Below the pieces are notes generated by a model. It did no database searches. It was given only the letters and a program-made list of their open reading frames with translations, and was not told where the DNA came from. This document shows positions 21,496-30,700 of a stretch of 64,000 nt of DNA, in pieces. The stretch is from an uncultured Arcobacteraceae bacterium (GTDB lineage Bacteria > Campylobacterota > Campylobacteria > Campylobacterales > Arcobacteraceae): contig CAXHZO010000007.1 of the NCBI GenBank assembly GCA_964022095.1, positions 25,527 to 89,526 on the forward strand, given 5' to 3'. The translations under genes and the position numbers were made by a program. Numbering within the stretch: the stretch's first letter is position 1; each line of letters starts with the position of its first letter.

Positions 21496-22183
21496 AGTAA
21501 AAAATTTAGAAGTATTTTATGGTTTGATTAAAGCTGTAAAAGGAATCGATTTTAAAGTACAACAGGGGCAAATAGTTTCACTTATTGGTTCAAATGGAGC
21601 AGGTAAAACATCAACTTTGCAATCAATTGTAAATGATGTTAAGAAAAAAGGTGAGATTTTATTTGAAGATAGAAATATTTCTAAATTCAAAACTCATGAT
21701 ATCATCCAAGAAGGAATTGCATTAGTTCCAGAAGGTAGAAGAGTATTTATTAACTTAACTATTGAAGAAAACTTAAGAATGGGTGCTTTTAATAATGATG
21801 ATAAGTATGAAGAACTACAAGAACATATGTTCAAACTTTTCCCAAGATTAGTGGCTAAAAAAGGTCAACTAGCTGGAACAATGAGTGGAGGGGAACAACA
21901 AATGTTAGCAATTGCAAGAGCTTTAATGAGTTCACCAAAACTTTTAATGCTAGATGAACCTTCTTTAGGACTTGCACCAAAAATTATTGGTGAATTATTT
22001 GACACTATTAAAAGACTAAAAGAAGAGGGCATCACAATTTTACTAATTGAACAAAATGCATTTGCAGCTTTAGAAATATCTGATTGGGCTTATGTCTTAG
22101 AAAATGGTGAAGTTGCCTTAGAAGGTAAAGGTGAAGACCTTATTGGCTTAGATGATATTAGAGCTAAGTATTTAGGTGCTTAA
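21488..22183 (+). CDS. livF: BCAA ABC ATPase
   Basis: GSNGAGKT, VPEGRRVF, MSGGEQQ, LDEPSLGLAP. Start moved to ATG 21488 (MLKVKNL), overlapping the end of livG. Confidence 0.93.
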   Translation: MLKVKNLEVFYGLIKAVKGIDFKVQQGQIVSLIGSNGAGKTSTLQSIVNDVKKKGEILFEDRNISKFKTHDIIQEGIALVPEGRRVFINLTIEENLRMGAFNNDDKYEELQEHMFKLFPRLVAKKGQLAGTMSGGEQQMLAIARALMSSPKLLMLDEPSLGLAPKIIGELFDTIKRLKEEGITILLIEQNAFAALEISDWAYVLENGEVALEGKGEDLIGLDDIRAKYLGA

Positions 22184-22271
22184 TATTTATTAAATACGGA
22201 AATTTCATAGTTTTATAAAGTTATTAATAATTTTATCTTATAATTAAATTATTATATTAAAAGATAAAACT

Positions 22272-24044
22272 ATGAAAATTTTTCTCTTATTCTTTCTTAT
22301 CCTTTCTTCATTATCTTTTTCTTATGACAATAATTTTGTTAATAAATTATATTTTCATATTGATAAACAAAATAATTCATTTGTGAATATTAAAAATAAA
22401 GCTTTCGAAAACTTAACTAAAGAGCAAGTAAATTATGGTCTTACTCAAAATACTTCTATTTGGATTAAACTAGAACTTCAAAATAATTCGAATAAAAATA
22501 TAAACAAAGTCTTAGAAATAAACAATCCTTTACTCGAAGAACTAGTACTTTTTAATGAAAAAGAATATATAAGTAAAAGTGGTATGTTAAATATTTCTTC
22601 AAATAGAAAAACCATAAATCCATACTTTGAACTAAATTTAGATGCAAATTCTAAAAAAACATATTATTTGAAAGTAGTTAATAAAACTACTGCTTTGCAG
22701 TTTTCTATAAATTTTGTTGATAAAGATATATTTTTTACAAATGATATAAATAAACAATTTATGATTATTCTTTTTTTAGGAATAATCACAGCTTTTTTTG
22801 TTTATGCTCTTGTATTGTTTTTTTATACAAAAGATAAAAGTTATCTATTTTATTCATTATATATAGTTTTTTTACTTTTCCAACAATTAACATATGTTGG
22901 ATTCTTACCTTTATATACTTCAGATAGGTTTACATATATTGATAATTTAATAGTAGTTCCTAAAGTTGGTTTTTTAATTATTGCAGGAATTCTTTTTGCA
23001 AGAAGTTTTTTAAAAACAAAAATATATAAAAAAATTGATAATATTTACAGATATATACTATATTCAGTTGTCTTCCAAATATTATTTTTATCAACTCCTT
23101 GGTTTTATTATCCTGAATTTACTATTTTAACTGGACTTATTTTTATTTGTTTTAATATGTATACTGCAATTTACGTATATAAAAAAGGAAATAAACAAGC
23201 AAGATTTTTCATTGTTGGGTGGTCATTTTTAATTATTGGTTTCTTCTTATCTATTGTTGATGCTTTAGGGGTATATTCAATTATGTATCATTTCCCTATC
23301 TTAGTATTAGTCCTTACTAGTATTGAAGCACTATTTTTATTATTAGCTTTTGTGGATAAGATAAATATTTTACAAAGACAAAAAACTATTTCAGATAAAA
23401 AATTATTTAAAGAATTAAAAGAGAGGAATTCTATAATTGAAAAAGAGGTTGATTCTAGAACTAAAATGTTAAATGAGTTATATAAAGAATTACATCATAG
23501 AGTAAAGAATAATCTTCAAATTATTCTTTCAATTATAAGACTACAAGGTGAAAAATTCCAAGAAGAGGTTTTAAAAGAACAATTTATTAAATTAGAAAAC
23601 CGTATTAAATCAATATCTAAAACTCATGAAATTTTATATTTAAATGATGATATTGAAAAAATAGATATGTACGAGTATATTTATAGTTTATGTGAAGATA
23701 TAGAGATGTCATTTGATAGAAATGATATTAAAGTCATAATTGATACAAATACTAAAATGCCTTTAAAAGAGGCTGTTTATGTAGGTATTATAATAAATGA
23801 GTTAGTTTACAATAGTATGAAGTATGCATTAACTTGTACAAAAATAGATATAAATCTCTATAAAGATAAAAAGTTTTTTACGCTTAATATTTGTGATGAT
23901 GGAGTAGGGTATGATTATAATTTAATCTCAAAAGATTCTTTAGGATTAAAGCTTGTTAATAATCTTGTATCTTCACAATTAGAAGGAAACATACAAATAA
24001 ATAGTGAAAATAAATGCGAATATAATATAAGGTTTAAAATATGA
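22272..24044 (+). CDS. 7TMR-DISM sensor histidine kinase (DISMED2 + 7TM + HisKA_2 + HATPase)
   Basis: Signal peptide, beta-rich ectodomain, about 7 TM helices, H-box ELHHRVKNNLQ, N-box NELVYNSMKYA, DDGVG, SLGL. Confidence 0.9.
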   Translation: MKIFLLFFLILSSLSFSYDNNFVNKLYFHIDKQNNSFVNIKNKAFENLTKEQVNYGLTQNTSIWIKLELQNNSNKNINKVLEINNPLLEELVLFNEKEYISKSGMLNISSNRKTINPYFELNLDANSKKTYYLKVVNKTTALQFSINFVDKDIFFTNDINKQFMIILFLGIITAFFVYALVLFFYTKDKSYLFYSLYIVFLLFQQLTYVGFLPLYTSDRFTYIDNLIVVPKVGFLIIAGILFARSFLKTKIYKKIDNIYRYILYSVVFQILFLSTPWFYYPEFTILTGLIFICFNMYTAIYVYKKGNKQARFFIVGWSFLIIGFFLSIVDALGVYSIMYHFPILVLVLTSIEALFLLLAFVDKINILQRQKTISDKKLFKELKERNSIIEKEVDSRTKMLNELYKELHHRVKNNLQIILSIIRLQGEKFQEEVLKEQFIKLENRIKSISKTHEILYLNDDIEKIDMYEYIYSLCEDIEMSFDRNDIKVIIDTNTKMPLKEAVYVGIIINELVYNSMKYALTCTKIDINLYKDKKFFTLNICDDGVGYDYNLISKDSLGLKLVNNLVSSQLEGNIQINSENKCEYNIRFKI

Positions 24045-24727
24045 AAATACCAGTGTTAATTGTTGAAGATGAAAGTATTGTTGTAATGGAAATAGAGAGT
24101 TATTTAAATAGTATAGATTTTGAGGTAATAGGTACTGCAGATAATTTTAAAGATGCTTATTCTTTGGCAATAGAATATAAACCTCATATTATATTGATGG
24201 ATATAAAACTAAAAGGAAATATTGATGGCATTGACACAGCAAGTAAAATATTAAATGAAATTGATACTACTATTATATATTTAACTGCATATTGTGATGA
24301 AGAAACACTACAGCGTGTAGTAAAAACAAACCCTAGTGCATATCTTGTTAAACCTTTTAATAAAAAAGAGTTATTTGCATCACTAAAAATTGCATCTTTT
24401 TCATATAATAAAAAGAACCAAGAGTGCAATATTGAAAAAGGAGATTTTATCCTTGATGATGAATTTAGTTTTGATAGTAAAAACCAACAGTTAATTTGTT
24501 GTAATGATTATTTACATCTTACAAAAAGAGAGCAAGAACTTTTAAATCTTTTACTTAAATCAAAAAATTCTATTGTTTATATTGATGACATTGAAAATGA
24601 AATTTGGCCAGATAAATTACCAAATGAAAATACTAGAAGAGCACTAGTTAGTAGATTAAGATCAAAATTAAAATATAAGTTTATAGAAACAATTCCTTCT
24701 ATTGGATATCGAATTAATGTTAATTAA
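24041..24727 (+). CDS. Response regulator with receiver and OmpR/PhoB-type winged helix
   Basis: LIVEDE, phosphoacceptor LMDI, YLTA, KPF; output domain LTKRE..IW..LVSRLRSKL..IETIPSIGY; ATGA overlap with the kinase. Confidence 0.9.
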   Translation: MKIPVLIVEDESIVVMEIESYLNSIDFEVIGTADNFKDAYSLAIEYKPHIILMDIKLKGNIDGIDTASKILNEIDTTIIYLTAYCDEETLQRVVKTNPSAYLVKPFNKKELFASLKIASFSYNKKNQECNIEKGDFILDDEFSFDSKNQQLICCNDYLHLTKREQELLNLLLKSKNSIVYIDDIENEIWPDKLPNENTRRALVSRLRSKLKYKFIETIPSIGYRINVN

Positions 24728-24756
24728 GAGAAAAGTTTTTTTTGCTTTTCTCTTTT
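24726..24756. terminator. Likely bidirectional terminator between convergent genes
   Basis: AAGAGAAAAG / CTTTTCTCTT inverted repeat in the 34-nt gap. Confidence 0.65.
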
Positions 24757-24761
24757 ACTTA

Positions 24762-27700
24762 TTAGTTATCTCTTACACATCTGATTAATAAACTATCTGT
24801 TTTAGGAAAACTATCTGCTCCTCCTGCTCCCCAATAATAAATCCCTATTACATTACTTATATCTAATTCTTCATCTGTCCAATATGCAGTATTTGTGTCT
24901 ACAATTTGGAATACTGATTCAATGGCAGGTGTATCTGAACTATCAATAGTTGTATTTAATTCACTTTGTGTTGGAACTCTCCATGAACTATTTGAATTAT
25001 TATCATCTAAATTAACTTCATTTGAACAATAATTTGAAGCATTATCAAATACTCTTTGATTCATAAAACTTGAGGTATCTACCCATTGTAGATTATTATC
25101 ATAATCTGTGATAATGTTTAAATAGTCACTTCTTAAATAACCTGTTACATTTTGAGGTACATCATATTGTTGTTTTTTGATTACTACATTAGAACCATCA
25201 GCGATATTTGTATTAATCATATTTCCATAAACATTAGCTCCTATATATAAAGAGTGTTTATTTGCATCTGAAATAATATCTGCGGATGTAATATTATTAT
25301 AAGCAGTAGTACCGGCTTCCCAAGTATATGAACCTAAAACAACTCCATCTATGTCATTCATTACTTTCATATGCATATTTCGAGGTGCAGTTGTTGAAGA
25401 ATTATTTCTTTGTGTGTATATTACATAAGTTATACCATCAATTGTCGTAGTTCCACCTGTTGTAATAAGATTACCTTCTCCTAGTATTTTACTCCACTGG
25501 TAATTACCATTTTTATTTCTTTTTATTATTGTTCCATGATATGATGAATCTAATACTTCTTCATCAAAAAGTTTTAATTTTGTTTGACCAGTTGTATAAA
25601 TGTCATTAGTACTATTTGTATCAATAGTAAATAATCCTGTCATATTATAATTTGCACCTCCAACATTTCCTCTTGAAAATTGAAAGTCTGTATTTAAATC
25701 TAATTTTGAGATATTTTTATTTATGATTGAAAGATGATTATTTTCATTATCTCCTATAAATTTCGTATAATCATCTACTAAACTTTTATTTGAAATAGCT
25801 ATTCCATTTAAGTTATATGTATATATAAACGACTCTGAATTTTGATCAACATAAAGATTTATTCCACTAGCTGTTTTAGAAACTCCAATAGCTAAATCAT
25901 CATTTATATCACCAACTTGATTTGCAAAAATTAAAGAACCATCAATAGTAGAAACTTTTAATAATCCTGCATCTTGTAATCCTGCATTTGAATTATTATC
26001 AAGTGAGCCATTAGTTGTAATAGCTAAATATAAACTAGTGTCATCTATTATGAAATCATTAAATAAATCATATTCACTACTTCCTAATAGTTTTTCCCAT
26101 TTAGTTACACCATTTCTATCAATTTTTGATAAATAGATATCTCCACTTAGGTTTGTAACCCCTTCAATATTTGCAGTTGTGTTACCTGCAACATATATAT
26201 TCCCATCCGTGTCTGTTTGTAATTTCATATTATAAATTGTATCAAGACCAAATCGTTTTATCCAATCATTATCTGTACAAACAGATGTAGAGCTTTCAAA
26301 GCTAATTGAACTAATTAAATTAGCTGTTGTCATCAAAATAGTTTCATTTGTATCTTTTATTACTATTTCAAATCCATCATTTACATCAATACAAGCAGGT
26401 ACTTTTATCATAATTTCAACCCATCCATTTTCATTAGTATAATAACTATGTCTGTTTGAAGGACTATATGAAAGATTTATAAAGTCATTATAAATAGTTT
26501 CATTAATATCTTTTATTAAATATGGTTCATCAAAAGTATTATCATCATTTGTAATTAGCATATCAAAATAAACCTCTTTATAACTCATTATATTTCCAAA
26601 TCTATCAAGTGCTTGGAATTTGATATTTGATATTTCCCCTTGTTTAAGAGGTGCATTTGAAACACTTAAAGTATTTTGAGCATTTAAAATATCAATGCTT
26701 CCATTTTGAACATATACTTGAATAGTACAGTCATAATAGTTTGTAGCTTTTATAGTTATTATCCAATTTCCAGCTTTTGTAGGGATGTTATTTGTTCCAT
26801 TTACAATAAGTGATAATTTTCCTGCTACTAATGTATAATCACTACCTTCTACAAGTGGTATTTCATCTTGTCCATAATCCTCTTGAATTGTAATACTTTC
26901 AATAGAATCTCTCCAATCTTGATCGTCAGTAAATGTAAAATCTATTTCATTTTCATCAATTGTGTGAGAGCCAATATTTATATTTGGGTAGTTTTTAGAA
27001 TTTACTGATAAATTTAATATAAAATCATCACTTCCACTACTATTAGTAGCTGTTATAAGAATATTTGAAAAATATCCAGATTGTGCTATTCCTGAAATAT
27101 TTCCAGTTGTTGTGTCAATTATCATCCAAGTAGGATTATTGGCAATACTCCATGAAGTTGCAACTCCACCTATATTGTTGATATTTAAATTTAATACTTG
27201 TCCTACTTCATATGTAGGTATTATTTGCCTCTGTAGTATTGGTACTGGTATATCGATTGTAGTAGAACTAAAAGTATCAGATATCCCTCCCACTGTTAGA
27301 ATAGTATTAACTGTTGAACTATAAAGATTTGAACTTGTATGTCTAACAAATATTTGTTGAGAATTTTCAATTGTTGTATTTATAGTGAACCAATCTTTAT
27401 TATTAAATGAATATTCACCATTTGTAATACTTAAATCAACTGTTTCATTAATTCCTGTTATCGTAATAATTGATGATACTATACTTGATAGTTGTGAATC
27501 TATAACATCTATAAAAGTAAATTGGTTAGGAGTAAAGTCACCTTTATTTGGGTCTGTAATTGTTCTACTAACTAGTTGCGAAGTTTTTCCACCTATATTT
27601 AGTGTTGTTATAGTTTCAGTTGAGTATTCATCTGAACTTGTATGTCTTACTTTTATTAAACTAGTATTTGTAACTAAATCTTCACTAGTTTTCCATATTC

Positions 27701-30700
27701 CAGAATCATCAATAGTGTATTCACCATTTATTACACTAATTGGTGCATATCCATTTATTCCTTCAATTACAATATCTTTAGTAACTAAAGTACTTAATTC
27801 AACATCTTCAAAAGTTTGAAGTGAAAAATCATTTGGCGTTGTATCAGGTTCAATAACATTGATTATATAATGTTCAACATCTTCAAATCTATCATTTTTT
27901 GCTGTAACTTTTATATCGTATGTTCCAGCAGAACCAAGTGGTGGAGTTCCTTCTAATTTAAGTGTTTTTGAACCATAGATATATTCAGATGATGTTATCC
28001 AATCTGGTTTATTCTCAATTATAAATTCATCAATATATCCATTATTTATCTCATTTTGAGAGATGATTTCAAAATCAACTTTATTGTATTCATTTTCATT
28101 TTTTAAAGTGATATTTAAAGGAGGATATGAATAAATATTAGGTTCTGATTTTGCTAACCAAGTGGTAAAATATTTATGTACAACTAGATTATCATCTTGA
28201 ACATTGATTCTAAATTTAGTTTTTATACTACTATCTTTTAGAGGTAAATCAACAGTCATATTACAATTTCCATCACTACTACACGTTAATTTAGCTCTTT
28301 GTAGAAAATTCACTTCATCTGTATTTGTTCCTGTATAATACTCTTCGTCAGTTTCTGGATTCATTTGAGTAAAAGTTACATTTAAATCATTCATTGAACT
28401 TTCATTATCAACAACTTTAAAGTTGATTGATGTATGGAAGTTATTAGAATGTTCCATAATATGTATTTGCTCAAAATCAGTTCCGAAGATCTCAGGTTCA
28501 GTATTATCTATATGAAATGTATCTATGATACTTAAAGCATCACTGTTTATAGATAAATCATCTTTTAATTTATGACCAATAGCAAGAATATACCTTGAAT
28601 CTAAAAAAACTGATTCTTTTGCTTCATATTTAATATTCTCTTCAAATATTTTTGTGTAAGGAAAATCTAAAGTATCTCTTTTTAAATCATCAGGATAAAC
28701 AGTTAACCAATCACTTAAAAAATATGGATAAATATCATTTTCTATGTAGTTACTTGCATGAACTCTTTCTTTTTGAACATCTCCAAATCTATAGTTTTTA
28801 TTATCTGCATTATAAATTAAATTTATTACACCAACAAATGTACTATCTAGATAGTTGTAATTGATAACTTTTACTTTTGCAAGTCTATTAACAATTCCTG
28901 AATTTATGTTTTTCATTTTGTTTTTTAAACTACTACCAAAAGGATTTACTAAACCTGTTCCTTTATTATAACTATGATGAGAAAATGTATATTGTCTTAA
29001 ATCTATTGGTCTAAAAGTATTATCTTTAAACTCATAAAGTGTCAAATATGTTTCATCAATCCAATACTCTTGAGTATTTAAATAGTCATCATAACTTATA
29101 TGTTTGATTTTTGCAGATTTTAGTAGTACCGTTTCATCATCTATTAATAGAATATCTTGAGGGACATGCGCTAATATTTCTTCTTTTATAAGTGTAATAC
29201 TATCTTTTGTTACAGTATATACCAAGATTTTTCCATCATTTTGATCTATATTTGGAAGGATAGCAAAAACTTGTATTGTATTTTCATTCACTCTTTTTGT
29301 TGTTACATGAATAGGTGCAGAACCTATTGGAAATTTAATTTCACCTCTAACATCACCATAAGTATCTCCATCTTTTATATCTAATATTGCTAGTCTTGCT
29401 TGTTCATTAAAATATTCATATTCTTTTTTAAATACAAGTAGATTATTTGTATCAATGAAACTGATATTATTGATTGCATCACTTGTAAACCTTCTATGGT
29501 TTTTTAATTGTATAAGAGGTTTGTATTGTTCTTCTAAGGCAGCACTATTAATCCCTAATCCCCAAGATAGATTTTTATTTTCATCTATATTTGCAATTTT
29601 AATTTGGTCTTCATAGTCATAAATTATTGCTTTATTATTATATACATCATAAAGACGCATTTCATTAGCTAATAAAAAATCTCTTTCTTTTAAATTTAAT
29701 AATGAGTAATCCATAGGTTCTTTTGCATTATTAGGATTACTATCAACTATTGCATCTTCAACATTTATTATTTCATAGTCTATAAAATCTCCTAGTTGGA
29801 TATCTATATGAAATGATATTAAAGCACTTGGGTCATTTATTCTATCTCTATTATGAGCTAATTGTTTTTCTCTATTTTCTGTATCTATAATTTCAACAGA
29901 AGTAGCTAGATTAACAGCATCGTATACAGGATAATCAGTTACAGACAATCTATAACTATTATTTCCTAAAGGTGTCCATCTAAATCCATCTACATTATTA
30001 TATAAATCTTCTAAATAAAATGTTTTAGATAATACTCCAATCATGTCATCATCAACACCTCCTCCATCTCCTTCAAAAAGTCCTATTTCTAAATAAATAG
30101 ATGCAGTGTTATTTGAACTTGGGTATGAAGCATCATATAAAGAAAAATCTGTACCAATATTTAAAAAATCTCCATCTTTAATACCATTGTAGTTTTTACT
30201 TTTTAATAAATATCCTTTAAAAGGTAAATTAGGAAGGGTTTTATAATTGTTTGTGCCATTGTCATATATTAGTTCTCCATTTATCATATATGGAGCATTT
30301 GATGCAAATGAACCATTATATGTAGGATTTTCGTCACTAATTACACCAACTCTTGTTCTTAACTTTACTTCTGCATTTCCATCTTCTAAATTATGAATTA
30401 TATGTACAGAATCTAGTGTAACACTTGTGTCAACTACTGGTAAAGAATCTACTTCTTTTATAGTTATATTTGAACGAGTTTTTCTATTTTCAAAACTTGA
30501 ATAAAAATAGTTAGCTTCAGATCTCATAGTATTGTATCCTTGAGAACCTAATCCTCCAAGAGTATCATTTACATCTAATAAGTTATTAAATATATCAATA
30601 CCCTCTGCAAAAGATGATAGTTTTTCAGCTGTTGCTAATGTGGCTAAACTTTGAGCATTTGCTGTACCATTTTTTATATCATCAAAAGCTGCTACCATTT

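Noticed and set aside
24762-25140. DUF1566 C-terminus as a diversity-generating retroelement target
   Set aside because: No reverse transcriptase, Avd-like gene or template-repeat copy is visible in the window. A remote DGR cannot be excluded without a genome-wide search for a near-copy differing at adenines.
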